Shown here piece after piece: positions 51,439-63,109 of a stretch of DNA of 64,000 nt; position 1 is the first letter of the stretch; every line of letters starts with the position of its first letter. Under the pieces are notes generated by a model, which saw only the letters and a list, made by a program, of their open reading frames with translations, was not told the origin of the DNA and ran no database searches. Source of the stretch: Occultella glacieicola (GTDB lineage Bacteria; Actinomycetota; Actinomycetes; Actinomycetales; Beutenbergiaceae); NCBI RefSeq assembly GCF_004353825.1, contig NZ_SMNA01000008.1:62001-126000 (forward strand). Direction: 5' to 3'. Both the position numbers and the translations under genes were made by a program.

Positions 51439-51842
51439 GCGCCATGCCGGCCCGCGCCCCACGCACGTCCCGACCGCTCGCCGTCCCGACCTGGCGACCG
51501 AGGTTGCGGATCGTCCGCGCGCCTGCACCCGCGCGGAGCGTCCTGCCGTTCATCCTGTTGTGCATGGCGGTCCTCGGCGGCGCACTCCTCGGTGCCCTGA
51601 TGCTGAACACGGCGATGGCCTCGACCGCCTACGAGATGCACGACCAGGAGGTCGCGCTCGCTCGGCTGTCGGAGGAACAGCAGCGGCTCACCCAGCAGGT
51701 GGACACGCTTGCCTCGCCGTCCGCGCTGGCCGACCGGGCCGCGGCACTGGGGATGGTGCCCGCGGAGGGGATGAGCTACATCCGCCTGGCAGACGGCACC
51801 GTCGTCGGTGAGGCTGCCGGCCTGATCGGTGACGAGGGGTGA
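51435..51842 (+). CDS. ftsL: FtsL-like cell division protein
   Basis: Position; single TM followed by coiled coil, ALGMVP. Confidence 0.75.
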   Translation: MSAMPARAPRTSRPLAVPTWRPRLRIVRAPAPARSVLPFILLCMAVLGGALLGALMLNTAMASTAYEMHDQEVALARLSEEQQRLTQQVDTLASPSALADRAAALGMVPAEGMSYIRLADGTVVGEAAGLIGDEG

Positions 51843-53632
51843 GGCCGGTGGCACGAGGACAGAACCCGTTCACGGCGCTCGGCACGCCGGAGCGGCGCCA
51901 GACGATCCTGCTCGCCGCACTCCTGGCGGTGATCCTGGCCTTCGCTGGCCGGCTCGTCTACGTCCAGGCGATCATCGGGCCGAGCCTGGCCCAGGCCGCC
52001 CTCGACGAACGCACCCGGACCTACACGCTGACCGGGCCGCGGGGGGACATCGTCGACGCCGACGGCACCGTGCTGGCCACGACCGTGCAGACCTACCGCG
52101 TGGTCGTCAACCAAACCCAGGTCCCGGACTTCCGCGTCTATGACGACAACGACGAGGTGGTCGGGTACGGCGCTGCGGCGGCCGCCGAGGTCCTGGCCCC
52201 GGTGCTGGGCGTGGACGCCAACGTGCTCGGGGCGCAACTGGTCGGGGACGACGGCTACCACGTCCTGGCTCGCGACGTCTCGCCCGAGGTCTGGCAGCAG
52301 ATCGCCGCGCTCGGGATCAACGGGGTCTCCTCCGAGGACACGTTCGAACGCGTCTATCCGAACGGCCGGACGGCCGGCAACATCCTCGGCTGGGTGAACT
52401 CCGAGGGCGAGGGTGCCGCCGGTATCGAACAGACCCAGAACTCCGACCTGCTCGGTACCGACGGCCGGCTGCAGGTCGAGATCAGCACGTCCGGCCAGGT
52501 GATCCCGACCGGACAGCAGTCCACCACCCCGGCGATGCCGGGCTGCGACGTGAACCTGACCATCGACTCCGACGTGCAGTGGTACACGCAACAGGTCATC
52601 GACGACGCCGTCGACCTCTACGGCGCGAGCTGGGGAGCGGTCGTCGTGGTCGAGGTGAGCACCGGCCGGATCGTGGCGCTCGCGGACTCCGACAGCGTCG
52701 ACCCGAACAACCCGGGCGCGACACCGGCCGACGACCGCGGTGCCCGCTCGGTGACGAGCCCGTACGAGCCGGGCTCGACCGGCAAGGTGCTCACGGTGCT
52801 CAGCGCGCTCGAGGAGGGCGTGATCACCCCGACCAGCCCGGTCGAGGACCCGTACCGGCTCACCACCGACAACGGTCAGACCTTCCACGACCACACCGAG
52901 CACCCCGACCAGATCCTGACCACGACGGGCGTGCTCGCCGAATCCGCGAACACGGGGACCGTGAACATCGGGTCCCTCATGTCGGACGCCACCCGGTACG
53001 AGTACATGCAGCGCCTCGGCTGGGCGGAGGCGACCGGGATCGGGCTGCCCGGGGAATCCGGCGGGATCCTGAACGCCGCCGAGGAGTGGGACGGCCGCCA
53101 GCGGTTCACGACCATGTTCGGGCAGGGCGTCGCGGTGACCCTCCTGCAGAACACCGGGGTCTTCTCCACGATCGCGAACGACGGTGTCCACATCACCCCA
53201 CGCCTGGTGGACGGCTACGACTGCGACGGCGAGTTCATCGAGAACGAGCCGGCCGAGCCGGAGCAGGTGGTCTCGCCGGAGAGCAGCGAGCAGATGATCC
53301 GGATGCTGGAGAGCGTCGTCGGCGACGCCGGCACCGGAGGTCACGCCGCGATCGAGGGGTACCGGATCGCGGGCAAGACCGGCACCGCGCAGGTGGCCGA
53401 TGAGACCGGCCAGCTCAACGACGTCGCCGCGTCCTTCGTCGGCATCGCCCCGGCGGACGACCCGGATCTGGCCGTCGGGGTGATCCTGTACAACCCGTCC
53501 AGCGGGATCTACGGCGGCACCATCGCCGCCCCGGTGTTCCACGATGTCACCGCGTTCGCCCTGCAGTCGCGCGGTGTGGCCCCCAGCACGGAGCCGGCGC
53601 AGCCGTACCCGCTGACGCCGGATGCCTCCTGA
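51839..53632 (+). CDS. ftsI: Class B penicillin-binding protein FtsI/PBP3
   Basis: RGDIVD, EPGSTGK (SxxK), SAN (SxN), KTGTAQ. Confidence 0.93.
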   Translation: MRPVARGQNPFTALGTPERRQTILLAALLAVILAFAGRLVYVQAIIGPSLAQAALDERTRTYTLTGPRGDIVDADGTVLATTVQTYRVVVNQTQVPDFRVYDDNDEVVGYGAAAAAEVLAPVLGVDANVLGAQLVGDDGYHVLARDVSPEVWQQIAALGINGVSSEDTFERVYPNGRTAGNILGWVNSEGEGAAGIEQTQNSDLLGTDGRLQVEISTSGQVIPTGQQSTTPAMPGCDVNLTIDSDVQWYTQQVIDDAVDLYGASWGAVVVVEVSTGRIVALADSDSVDPNNPGATPADDRGARSVTSPYEPGSTGKVLTVLSALEEGVITPTSPVEDPYRLTTDNGQTFHDHTEHPDQILTTTGVLAESANTGTVNIGSLMSDATRYEYMQRLGWAEATGIGLPGESGGILNAAEEWDGRQRFTTMFGQGVAVTLLQNTGVFSTIANDGVHITPRLVDGYDCDGEFIENEPAEPEQVVSPESSEQMIRMLESVVGDAGTGGHAAIEGYRIAGKTGTAQVADETGQLNDVAASFVGIAPADDPDLAVGVILYNPSSGIYGGTIAAPVFHDVTAFALQSRGVAPSTEPAQPYPLTPDAS

Positions 53633-53651
53633 AACGGTAGATTTTCCTCCC

Positions 53652-55229
53652 ATGAGCACCACTGGCGAAGCGGGGCGACCACGCACCCTGGCGGCCCTCG
53701 CGGACGCGTTCGGTCTGACGCTTCCGGCGACGTCCGACGCCGCCGGGATCACGCTCACCGGCGTCAGTCTGGACAACCGCACGACTGCCGACGGGTACCT
53801 GTTCGCCGCACTTCCCGGCGCGAGGGTGCACGGCGCCGCGTTCGTCGCGCCCGCCGTTGAGGCGGGTGCCGTGGCCGTCCTCACCGACGCCGCCGGGGCC
53901 GCGCTCATCGCCGATGGTGCCGAGGTCGCCCGGACACGTGTGCCGGTGCTCGTCGCGGACGACCCCCGGCTGATCCTCGGTGACGTCTCCGCCTGGGTGC
54001 ACCATGAACCCGCCGAGAAGGTCCGGACGTTCGGGGTGACCGGCACCAACGGCAAGACCACCACCACCTACTTGCTCGAGGAGATCCTCTCGTCGCTCGG
54101 CGGACGGACCGGGCTGATCGGCACCGTCGAGCTCAAGGTCGGCCCCGATCGCACCCCCGCCCGGCTGACCACCCCGGAGGCCCCGCAACTGCACGCGCTG
54201 CTGACCGAGATGGTCGCCGCGGACGTCGACGCCGTGATCATGGAGGTCTCCTCGCACGCGCTCGCCCTGCACCGTGTGGACGGTGTGGTCTTCGACGTGG
54301 TCGCGTTCACCAACCTGACCGAGGACCACCTCGACTTCCACGGCGGCATCGACCACTACTTCGCGACCAAGGCTTCGTTGTTCACGCCCGCGCACGCCCG
54401 CCGTGGGGTGGTGCTCGTCGACGACGCCTGGGGCCGTCGACTGGCCGAGCAGGCAGGCATCGACATCGTCACCGTGGGCACCGGGGCGGCCGGCCGCGAC
54501 GCCGACTGGATGATCGTCATCAACCACACGGCCGCCGACCACACCGACTTCACGATCACCCACTCCTCCGGACGCAGCCTGTCGACCACGGTGCACCTGC
54601 CCGGCCGCTTCAACGTCGCCAACGCGGCGGTGGCGCTGGTCATGGCCATCGAGTCCGGCACCACGCCCGCCGAGTTGAACCACGCCCTGCCGCACGGCCT
54701 GCGCGCCGTGGTCCCCGGCCGCATGGAACTGGTCGCGAACCGGCCGCGGTGCATCGTCGACTTCGCCCACAACGCCGACGCACTGCGCCTCGCGCTGGCC
54801 GCGCTGCGACCCTCGACGAAGGGCCGCCTCTTCGTCGTGTTCGGCGCGACCGGGGAACGGGACCGGGGCAAGCGGGCCGTGATGGGGCGCGTCGCCGTCG
54901 AGCACGCGGACGTCGTGGTGATCACCGACGACGACCCCCACGACGAGGAGGCCTCGGCGATCCGCGCCGAGGTCATGGCCGGGGCCCTCCGGGCGCTCCC
55001 CGCGGCGCAGCGCACCGGACGTGCCGTTGACCTGTTCGAGGTCGCGCCACGGCGCACCGCGATCCACCGTGCGATCAGATTCGCCGGGCCTGCCGATACC
55101 GTGCTGATAGCGGGCCGAGGCCACGAGACCCTGCAGGAGATCGCCGGGGTGGAGTACCACCTCGACGACCGGGAGGAGGTGCGCACCGCGATGTCAGAGC
55201 GGTCCCCCCAGCGCACCGAGGAGCCATGA
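53652..55229 (+). CDS. murE: UDP-MurNAc-tripeptide synthetase
   Basis: [39 protein letters not shown]. Confidence 0.95.
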   Translation: MSTTGEAGRPRTLAALADAFGLTLPATSDAAGITLTGVSLDNRTTADGYLFAALPGARVHGAAFVAPAVEAGAVAVLTDAAGAALIADGAEVARTRVPVLVADDPRLILGDVSAWVHHEPAEKVRTFGVTGTNGKTTTTYLLEEILSSLGGRTGLIGTVELKVGPDRTPARLTTPEAPQLHALLTEMVAADVDAVIMEVSSHALALHRVDGVVFDVVAFTNLTEDHLDFHGGIDHYFATKASLFTPAHARRGVVLVDDAWGRRLAEQAGIDIVTVGTGAAGRDADWMIVINHTAADHTDFTITHSSGRSLSTTVHLPGRFNVANAAVALVMAIESGTTPAELNHALPHGLRAVVPGRMELVANRPRCIVDFAHNADALRLALAALRPSTKGRLFVVFGATGERDRGKRAVMGRVAVEHADVVVITDDDPHDEEASAIRAEVMAGALRALPAAQRTGRAVDLFEVAPRRTAIHRAIRFAGPADTVLIAGRGHETLQEIAGVEYHLDDREEVRTAMSERSPQRTEEP

Positions 55230-56674
55230 TCCAACTCACAGTGGCGCAGATCGCCGCCAGCACCGGCGGGCGGGTGATCTGGCCCGAGGGGACCGCTGCG
55301 CCCACGGACTCACTCACGTCGGGGGAGAACTCGGTGGTGGCCGACGTCGTCATCGACTCCCGGGAGGCCGGCCCCGGCTCGCTGTTCGTGGCGTTGCCCG
55401 GCGAGCAGGTGGACGGCCACGACTACGTGTCGGCCGCCCTGGGCCGCGGTGCGGTCACGGCCCTGGTCGCCCGTCCGGTCGCCGGGGTGAGTGTCCCGCT
55501 GGTGCAGGTCCCGGACGTCCAACGGGCTCTGGGGGACCTGGCTCGGGCGGTGCTGGCCACGCTACGCGCGGAGCGGGACGTGCTCGTGGTCGCGATCACC
55601 GGGTCCGCGGGCAAGACCAGCACGAAGGACCTGCTCGCCCGGCTGCTCGCGCCACTGGGGCCGGTGATCGCCCCGGTCGGCTCCTTCAACAACGAGATCG
55701 GGCTGCCGCTGACCGTGCTGCGCGCCGACGGGGGCACCGTCGCGCTGGTGCTCGAGATGGGCGCCGACGCGCCCGGCAACCTCACCTACCTGACCTCGAT
55801 CGCGCCCCCGGACGTCGCCGTCGTGCTGATGGTCGGCACGGCCCACCTGGCCGGGTTCGGGGACCGGGACGGGATCGCCGCCGCGAAGTCCGAGCTCGTC
55901 CAGGGTCTGCGCCGCCACGGCGTCGCCGTCCTGAACGCCGACGACCGGCGGGTCGCCGCGATGGCGCCCCTGGCAGCGGGGGAGCGCGTGCTCACGTTCG
56001 CCAGCGCCGACCCTGCGGCAGACGTGCGCGCCGAGGGCGTCACCCTCGACGCGGCCGGTCACGCCCGGTTCACCCTCACGACGGCGCAGGGACGGGCCGA
56101 CGTGACGCTCGCCCTGGTCGGTGCCCACCACGTCGGCAACGCGCTCGCCGCGGCCACGGTGGCCCTCGACCTCGGCCGTCCGCTCGAGGAGGTCGCGGGG
56201 GTTCTCGCCGAGGCCGGGGCCCTCAGCGCGCACCGGATGCACGTCACGACCCTCGCCGGCGGCGTCACCCTCATCGACGATGCCTACAACGCCAACCCGG
56301 ACTCGATGCGGGCCGGCCTGGACGCCCTGGTCGCCGTCGCGGGCGGCGGCCGGCGCAGCGTCGCCGTGCTCGGCGAGATGCTCGAACTCGGGGACACCGG
56401 CCCAGGTGAGCATCGAGCGGTCGGGCGCTACGCCGTCGAGCGCGGTGTCGACCTGCTCGTCGTCGTCGGTGCCGGGGCCCGACCGATCGCCGACGGTGCC
56501 TTCGCGGCCGGTGCGGGCGACGCCGTCCGCACGACCGGGACCGTCGAGGCGGCCCTCGACCTGCTCGGTGCGCAGCTGCGCCACGGTGACGTGGTCCTCG
56601 TCAAGTCCTCCAAGGGGGCGGGGCTGGCGGCGCTGGCCGACCGTCTCACCGAACTCACGGAGGTCCAGCAGTGA
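55226..56674 (+). CDS. murF: UDP-MurNAc-pentapeptide synthetase
   Basis: [36 protein letters not shown]. Confidence 0.96.
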   Translation: MIQLTVAQIAASTGGRVIWPEGTAAPTDSLTSGENSVVADVVIDSREAGPGSLFVALPGEQVDGHDYVSAALGRGAVTALVARPVAGVSVPLVQVPDVQRALGDLARAVLATLRAERDVLVVAITGSAGKTSTKDLLARLLAPLGPVIAPVGSFNNEIGLPLTVLRADGGTVALVLEMGADAPGNLTYLTSIAPPDVAVVLMVGTAHLAGFGDRDGIAAAKSELVQGLRRHGVAVLNADDRRVAAMAPLAAGERVLTFASADPAADVRAEGVTLDAAGHARFTLTTAQGRADVTLALVGAHHVGNALAAATVALDLGRPLEEVAGVLAEAGALSAHRMHVTTLAGGVTLIDDAYNANPDSMRAGLDALVAVAGGGRRSVAVLGEMLELGDTGPGEHRAVGRYAVERGVDLLVVVGAGARPIADGAFAAGAGDAVRTTGTVEAALDLLGAQLRHGDVVLVKSSKGAGLAALADRLTELTEVQQ

Positions 56675-57753
56675 TCGCCATCCTCGCCTCCGGGGCGGTC
56701 GCCCTGCTCGTCTCGTTGTTCGGCACGCCGCTTTTCATCCGGTTCCTGGTCCACCGCAACTACGGCCAGTTCATCCGCCAGGACGGCCCGACGGCGCACT
56801 TCACCAAGCGCGGGACGCCCACCATGGGCGGGGTGGTCATCATCATGGCCACGCTGATCGCGTACGCGTTCGCGAACGTCTTCGCCGGCAGCAGGCCGAG
56901 CGCCTCGGGCCTGCTGCTGCTGTTCCTCATGGTCGGCCTCGGCGTGATCGGCTTCCTCGACGACTTCATCAAGATCAGCCGGCAGCGATCCCTCGGCCTG
57001 AGCCCGAAATGGAAGATCATCGGCCAGGGCGTGGTCGGCATCGTGTTCTCGGTCCTGGTGCTGCAGTTCCCGAACGAGCGCTGGCGGACCCCCGCGAGCA
57101 CGCACATCTCGTTCTCGCGTGACCTGGGCATCGACCTCGCGTTCGCGGGCGCCGCCGTCGGCCTGATCCTGTTCGTGATCTGGGCGAACTTCCTGATCAC
57201 GGCGTGGTCGAACGCGGTGAACCTCACCGACGGACTCGACGGTCTCGCCACCGGCGCCTCGATGCTCGTGTTCGGGGCCTACATCCTGGTGACGATGTGG
57301 CAGATGAACCAGAGCTGCCAGATCCTGTCCCGGGTCGGGCAGAGCTGCTACGAGGTGCGCGACCCACGGGACCTCGCGATCATCGCCGCGGCGATCGTCG
57401 GGGCCTGCTTCGGGTTCCTCTGGTGGAACGCGTCCCCGGCGAAGATCTTCATGGGCGACACCGGGTCGCTCGCCCTCGGCGGCGCCCTGGCCGGCATCTC
57501 GATCCTCACCCGCACCGAGATCCTCGCCGCCATCATCGGCGGCCTGTTCGTGATCATCGTGCTCTCCGACGTGATCCAGATCGGGTTCTTCAAGATGACC
57601 GGCAGACGGGTCTTCAAGATGGCCCCGCTGCACCACCACTTCGAGCTGATGGGCTGGGGCGAGGTCACGATCGTGATCCGGTTCTGGATCATCGCGGCCC
57701 TGTTCGTGTGCGCGGGGCTCGGCCTCTTCTACGCGGAATGGGTCGTCGGTTGA
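56671..57753 (+). CDS. mraY: Phospho-MurNAc-pentapeptide transferase
   Basis: [35 protein letters not shown]. Confidence 0.98.
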   Translation: MIAILASGAVALLVSLFGTPLFIRFLVHRNYGQFIRQDGPTAHFTKRGTPTMGGVVIIMATLIAYAFANVFAGSRPSASGLLLLFLMVGLGVIGFLDDFIKISRQRSLGLSPKWKIIGQGVVGIVFSVLVLQFPNERWRTPASTHISFSRDLGIDLAFAGAAVGLILFVIWANFLITAWSNAVNLTDGLDGLATGASMLVFGAYILVTMWQMNQSCQILSRVGQSCYEVRDPRDLAIIAAAIVGACFGFLWWNASPAKIFMGDTGSLALGGALAGISILTRTEILAAIIGGLFVIIVLSDVIQIGFFKMTGRRVFKMAPLHHHFELMGWGEVTIVIRFWIIAALFVCAGLGLFYAEWVVG

Positions 57754-59213
57754 GCGCCGGTACCGCCATCGACGAACTCCGCGGGACCAGGGTCGTAGTC
57801 GCCGGACTCGGCACGTCCGGGCTCTCGGCCGTCACCGTGCTCACCGAGCTCGGTGCCCGGGTCACCGCCGTCGACGCGGACCCGCAGGTCGGCGACCGGG
57901 TGGACCTGCCGAGCGGGGTCGCCCTGATCGCGGATGCCGACCCCGAGCGGCTGGCCGAGCGCGCCCTGGGCACCGACCCGGCCATCGTGGTCACCTCGCC
58001 GGGGCTGAACCCACGCACCCCCCTGCTCGCCCACGCCGTCGATGCCGGGACCCCGGTGTGGAGCGAGGTGGAGCTCGCCTGGCAGATCTGCAGGCCCGAC
58101 GTGGACTGGCTCACCCTGACCGGCACCAACGGCAAGACCACGACGGTCGGCATGCTGGCCTCGATCCTGGCCGCGGCGGGACGGAACGCGCCCGCCGTCG
58201 GGAACGTCGGCACCCCGATCGCCGAGACCGTGCTGAACTCCCGCGCCGGCGGCGACCGGTTGGACGCCCTGGCCGTGGAGCTGTCCAGCTTCCAGCTGCA
58301 CTTCACCCACTCGGTCTCGCCCGTGGCCGGAGCCTGCCTGAACCTCGCCGACGACCACCTCGACTGGCACGGCGGGCGGGCCGGCTACGCCGCGGACAAG
58401 GCCCGGGTGTACTCCGGTGCCCGGGTGGCCTGCGTGTACAACGTCGCCGATCCGGCCACCCGCGCGATGGTCGAGTCGGCCGAGGTCGTCGAGGGTGCCC
58501 GCGCGGTCGGGTTCACGCTCGGTTCCCCGGGGCTCAGCGAGGTCGGCCTCGTCGAGGACGTCCTCGCCGACCGGGCGTTCGTCCCGAACCGGTCCAGCCA
58601 CGCCGCCGAGCTCGGCACGCTCGCCGACCTCGCGCACCTGGCCGCCGGACCGCTCCCGCCGCACGTCGTCGCGAACGCGCTCGCGGCCGCCGCGCTGGCC
58701 CGGGCCGCGGACGTGCCCGCCCCCGCGGTCGCGCAGGGGCTGCGCTCCTACGCACCCGGCGGGCACCGGATGGAGGAGGTCGCAGAGGTCGACGGCGTCC
58801 GGTACGTCGACGATTCGAAGGCCACCAATGCGCACGCCGCCGCCGCCGCCCTCGCGGGCGTCGAGGAGGGCCGGGCGGTCTGGATCGCCGGCGGTCTCGC
58901 GAAGGGGGCCCGGTTCGACGACCTGGTCGTCTCCCGCCGGGACCGGCTCCGGGCGGCCGTGGTCATCGGGGTGGACCCCGAGCCCATCGTCGACGCACTT
59001 TCCCGACACGCCCCCGACGTCCCGCGAACCGTGGTGCCCGCTGGTGACACTGAGGTCATGAGGACGGCAGTGACCCGGGCACGTGAGCACGCCCGGCCGG
59101 GCGACGTGGTCCTGCTCGCGCCCGCCTGCGCCTCGATGGACCAGTTCCGCTCCTACGCCGAGCGCGGTGACGCCTTCGCCGCCGCCGTGACCGACCTGGC
59201 GGCGGGCCGATGA
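57750..59213 (+). CDS. murD: UDP-MurNAc-L-Ala:D-Glu ligase
   Basis: [49 protein letters not shown] start overlapping the mraY stop. Confidence 0.95.
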   Translation: MSAGTAIDELRGTRVVVAGLGTSGLSAVTVLTELGARVTAVDADPQVGDRVDLPSGVALIADADPERLAERALGTDPAIVVTSPGLNPRTPLLAHAVDAGTPVWSEVELAWQICRPDVDWLTLTGTNGKTTTVGMLASILAAAGRNAPAVGNVGTPIAETVLNSRAGGDRLDALAVELSSFQLHFTHSVSPVAGACLNLADDHLDWHGGRAGYAADKARVYSGARVACVYNVADPATRAMVESAEVVEGARAVGFTLGSPGLSEVGLVEDVLADRAFVPNRSSHAAELGTLADLAHLAAGPLPPHVVANALAAAALARAADVPAPAVAQGLRSYAPGGHRMEEVAEVDGVRYVDDSKATNAHAAAAALAGVEEGRAVWIAGGLAKGARFDDLVVSRRDRLRAAVVIGVDPEPIVDALSRHAPDVPRTVVPAGDTEVMRTAVTRAREHARPGDVVLLAPACASMDQFRSYAERGDAFAAAVTDLAAGR

Positions 59214-60583
59214 CCACGGTCGAGGCCCCGCGCCGGACCGCGACCCGCCCGGCCCGGCGACCCACCACCCGGGCCGGCGCGAGCCGCGCCACGCCCCCGC
59301 GTGCCGGCGGCACCAGCCGGGCCACGTCCGCTGGATCCACGCCACGCGCGGGCCGCGCGAAGGTCGCATCGACGGCTCGCACAGCCACCTGGAGCTCACC
59401 GGCGACGAGCTACTACCTGGTCGGCGGCTCGACCCTGCTCCTGCTCCTCCTCGGCCTGATCATGGTGCTGTCCGCCTCCACCGTGTACTCGCTGCGGGAC
59501 TCCGGTGGGGCGACGCCGTTCGCCGACTTCCTCAACCAGGCCAAGTTCGCGCTCGTCGCCGCCCCGGTGGCGTACGGGATCTCCCGCCTTCCGCCACGGC
59601 TGATCCGCAGGCTCGCCTGGATCGGCATCATCGGCGCCCTCGGGCTGCAGCTGCTGGTGTTCACCCCGCTGTCGCTGAGTCAGGGCGGGAACTCGGGCTG
59701 GATCCACATCGGCCCGCAGAACCTGCAGCCCGCCGAGTTCTCCAAGCTGGCGCTGGCGGTCTGGCTCGGCGCCGTGCTCGCCGCCAAGGGCCCGCTGCTG
59801 AAGCAGTGGTCGCACGTGCTCATGCCCGCCGTGCTCGTCGCGGGCGCCTTCCTCGGCATCGTGCTCTACACGCACGACCTCGGCACCGCCCTGATCATGA
59901 TCGCCCTGGTCGGCGGCGCCCTGTGGGTGGCCGGAGTGCCGCTGTCGATGTTCTCGGTGGCGGCCGCCGGGATCACCGCCGCGGTGGCCTACCTCGCGGT
60001 CTCCTCGGACAACCGCCGCGACCGCCTGCTGAGCTTCCTCTCCCCGGAGACCGCCGACCCGATGGGACTCGGGCTGCAGCCCCGGCACGCGCTCGGCGGC
60101 CTGGGCACCGGTGGCATCTCCGGAGTGGGCCTCGGCGGTTCCCGGGAGAAGTGGCTGTGGCTGCCGGAGGGGCACAACGACTTCATCTTCGCGATCATCG
60201 GCGAGGAGCTCGGCCTGCTCGGCACGCTGCTCGTCCTGGTCCTGTTCGGTGCCCTCGCGGTCGGCCTGACCAGGATCATCAAGCGACACCCCGACCCGTT
60301 CGTGAAGATCACCACCGCCGCGATCGGCTGCTGGATCATCGGCCAGGCCCTGATCAACATCGGCGTCGTGATCGGGGTGCTGCCCGTGATCGGGCTGCCG
60401 CTGCCGCTGGTCTCCGCCGGTGGCTCGGCCCTGGTCACCACGCTGGCCGCGCTCGGCATCGTGCTCGCGTTCGCGCGTTCGGAGCCCGGTGCGAAGGAGG
60501 CGCTCGCCGCGCGCAAGGCGTCGGTGCGCCGGTCCCTCGCCGTGATCGCACCGCGCCTGGCCTCGGGTAAGGCCCGTGGCTGA
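59210..60583 (+). CDS. ftsW: SEDS peptidoglycan polymerase
   Basis: MVLSAS, QPAEFSK, DLGT, LPEGHNDFIF, PLVSAGGS. Confidence 0.96.
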   Translation: MTTVEAPRRTATRPARRPTTRAGASRATPPRAGGTSRATSAGSTPRAGRAKVASTARTATWSSPATSYYLVGGSTLLLLLLGLIMVLSASTVYSLRDSGGATPFADFLNQAKFALVAAPVAYGISRLPPRLIRRLAWIGIIGALGLQLLVFTPLSLSQGGNSGWIHIGPQNLQPAEFSKLALAVWLGAVLAAKGPLLKQWSHVLMPAVLVAGAFLGIVLYTHDLGTALIMIALVGGALWVAGVPLSMFSVAAAGITAAVAYLAVSSDNRRDRLLSFLSPETADPMGLGLQPRHALGGLGTGGISGVGLGGSREKWLWLPEGHNDFIFAIIGEELGLLGTLLVLVLFGALAVGLTRIIKRHPDPFVKITTAAIGCWIIGQALINIGVVIGVLPVIGLPLPLVSAGGSALVTTLAALGIVLAFARSEPGAKEALAARKASVRRSLAVIAPRLASGKARG

Positions 60584-61721
60584 TCTCAGCGTCGTCCTGG
60601 CCGGCGGTGGCACGGCCGGACACGTGAACCCGCTGCTCGCCACCGCGGCGGAACTGTGCCGCACCGAGCGCGACACCCGCGTCCTCGTGCTCGGCACCGC
60701 CGAGGGCCTCGAGGCGGACCTGGTGCCCGCGGCGGGCCTGGGTCTGACGGTCATCCCCAAGGTGCCGTTGCCGCGCCGACCGTCCACCGAATGGCTGGCG
60801 TTCCCCGGACGCTGGCGCGCCGCCGTCCGGACCGCGGCCGACGCCCTCGACGCGGCCGACGCCGACGTGGTGGTCGGGTTCGGCGGCTACGTCGCCACCC
60901 CCGCCTACATGGCGGCCCGACGGCGGGGCGTCCCGATCGTGGTGCACGAACAGAATGCCCGGCCCGGCCTGGCGAACCGTGTCGGCGCGAGGTTCGCGGC
61001 CGCCGTCGGCGTCACCTTCCCCGACACGCCCCTGCCCGGTGCGACGCTGGTGGGGCTGCCGCTACGGCCCGCGATCGCCGACCTGGTCGCCGCGCGGGCC
61101 ACCGACGCGCCCGGTGCGGCCCGGCACGGGGCGCGATCCCTCGGTCTGGATCCCGACCGGACCACGGTGCTGGTCACCGGTGGGTCGCTCGGCGCGCTCC
61201 GGCTGAACACCGCCGTGCCGCAGGTCGCGGCCCAGTTCGTCGCTTCCGGGGCCCAGGTGCTGCACCTGACCGGCCGGGGCAAGTCCGCGGGGGTCACCGA
61301 GGCCCTGGCGGACGCGGGTGACGACGTCCGGGCCCACTACCACGTGCGCGAGTACCTGTCCGAGATGGAGGACGCGCTGGCCTGCACGGACCTCGTGATC
61401 GCCCGTTCCGGCGCCGGCACGGTCAGCGAGCTCAGTGCCCTCGGCATCCCCGCCGTGTACGTGCCGCTGCCCGTCGGCAACGGTGAGCAGCGACTGAACG
61501 CGGCGGCCACCGTGGCGGCCGGTGGCGGCATCCTGATCCCGGACGCCGACCTCACCGCCCAGTGGCTGACCGAGCGGGTCCTCCCGCTCGTCGCCGACGC
61601 CGAGCGGCTCACCGAGATGGGTCGTCGGGCGGCATCGGTGGGGGTGCGCGACGGCGCCACCCGTCTCGCCGACCTGGTCCGCGGCGCCGCTCGTCGCGAC
61701 GCGCGGGGGTCCGCCGCATGA
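60576..61721 (+). CDS. murG: Lipid II GlcNAc transferase
   Basis: GGGTAGHVNP, FGGY, HEQN, GGSLGA, RSGAGTVSE. Confidence 0.97.
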   Translation: MADLSVVLAGGGTAGHVNPLLATAAELCRTERDTRVLVLGTAEGLEADLVPAAGLGLTVIPKVPLPRRPSTEWLAFPGRWRAAVRTAADALDAADADVVVGFGGYVATPAYMAARRRGVPIVVHEQNARPGLANRVGARFAAAVGVTFPDTPLPGATLVGLPLRPAIADLVAARATDAPGAARHGARSLGLDPDRTTVLVTGGSLGALRLNTAVPQVAAQFVASGAQVLHLTGRGKSAGVTEALADAGDDVRAHYHVREYLSEMEDALACTDLVIARSGAGTVSELSALGIPAVYVPLPVGNGEQRLNAAATVAAGGGILIPDADLTAQWLTERVLPLVADAERLTEMGRRAASVGVRDGATRLADLVRGAARRDARGSAA

Positions 61722-63109
61722 GGGTCCACTTCATCGCCATCGGCGGCGCCGGGATGTCCGTCGTCGCCGAACTCATGCTCGCCCGCGGACACGAGGTCAG
61801 CGGTTCGGACAGCCAGGCATCCGACGTCCTGGACCGGCTCGGCCGGCTCGGCGCGCAGGTACACGTCGGCCACGACCCGGCGCATGCGGCCGGGGCCGAC
61901 CTCGTGGTGGTCTCCTCTGCGATCCGCACCGACAATCCCGAGCTGCTGGCGGCGCACGCGGCCGGCACCGAGGTGATCCACCGGTCCCAGGGTCTGGCCC
62001 TGGCCGCCGCCGACACCGACTTCGTGGCCGTCGCCGGCGCGCACGGCAAGACCACGACGTCCTCGATGCTGGCGGTCGCGCTGCGCGAGGCCGGGCTCGA
62101 CCCCTCGTTCGCGATCGGGGGCCGGGTGCTGGCGCTCGGCACCGGCGCGCACCTGGGCACCGGCACCGTGTTCGTGGCGGAGGCCGACGAGTCCGACGGC
62201 TCCTTCCTGAACTACACCCCGCGCGTGGCCGTCGTCACGAACATCGAACCGGACCACCTCGACCACTACGGCACCGCCGACGCCTTCGAGGCCGCGTTCG
62301 ACGACTTCGCCGCCCGGGTCCGGCCCGGTGGTGCGGTGGTCGCCTGCGCGGACGACGACGGGGCGCGTCGGTTCACCGAGCGGGCCCGCTCGCGCGGCGC
62401 CCGTGTCATCACCTACGGGCTCGCCGACGACGCCGACGTGCGGATCACGGGAGTCGACCTGGGCGCCGGGTCGTCCTCCTCCCGGCTGCGCGCCGCCGCG
62501 GGCGAGTTCGAGCTCGACCTGGCCGTTCCCGGTGCGCACAACGTTGCGAACGCGACCGCCGCCTGGGCAGCCGGGGTGGAGCTCGGTGTCGACCCGGCGA
62601 CCATGGCGAACTCCCTCGGTACGTTCAGCGGCACGGCGCGCCGCTTCGAGGACAAGGGCACCGCGGCCGGCGTCCGGGTGGTCGACGACTACGCCCACAA
62701 CCCCACCAAGGTGGCGGCCGCCGTCGCGACCGGCCGCCGGGCCGTCGGTGCCGGCCGGCTGCTTGTGCTGTTCCAGCCGCACCTGTTCTCGCGCACCGAG
62801 GCGTTCGCGGCCGAGTTCGCCGACGCCCTCGCCGGTGCCGACGAGGTGGTCCTGACCTTGATCTACCCGGCCCGGGAGGATCCCAGGCCCGGCGTCACCT
62901 CCGCACTGATCGCCGACCGGCTGCCGGGGGCGCGGTACCTGCCCGACCACCTCGAGGCCGCCCACGCCGTCGCCGCCGCCGCACGGCCCGGCGACCTCGT
63001 GATCACCGTCGGAGCCGGCGATGTGACCCGGCTGGGCCCGGTGATCCTCGCCGACCTGGCCGCGCGGGAGGACCGGCCCTCGGGGCTCGCACCGGAGCCG
63101 GGCCGATGA
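61718..63109 (+). CDS. murC: UDP-MurNAc:L-Ala ligase
   Basis: IGGAGMS, GAHGKTTT, EADESDGSF, DDYAHNP, FQPHLFSRT. Confidence 0.97.
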   Translation: MRVHFIAIGGAGMSVVAELMLARGHEVSGSDSQASDVLDRLGRLGAQVHVGHDPAHAAGADLVVVSSAIRTDNPELLAAHAAGTEVIHRSQGLALAAADTDFVAVAGAHGKTTTSSMLAVALREAGLDPSFAIGGRVLALGTGAHLGTGTVFVAEADESDGSFLNYTPRVAVVTNIEPDHLDHYGTADAFEAAFDDFAARVRPGGAVVACADDDGARRFTERARSRGARVITYGLADDADVRITGVDLGAGSSSSRLRAAAGEFELDLAVPGAHNVANATAAWAAGVELGVDPATMANSLGTFSGTARRFEDKGTAAGVRVVDDYAHNPTKVAAAVATGRRAVGAGRLLVLFQPHLFSRTEAFAAEFADALAGADEVVLTLIYPAREDPRPGVTSALIADRLPGARYLPDHLEAAHAVAAAARPGDLVITVGAGDVTRLGPVILADLAAREDRPSGLAPEPGR

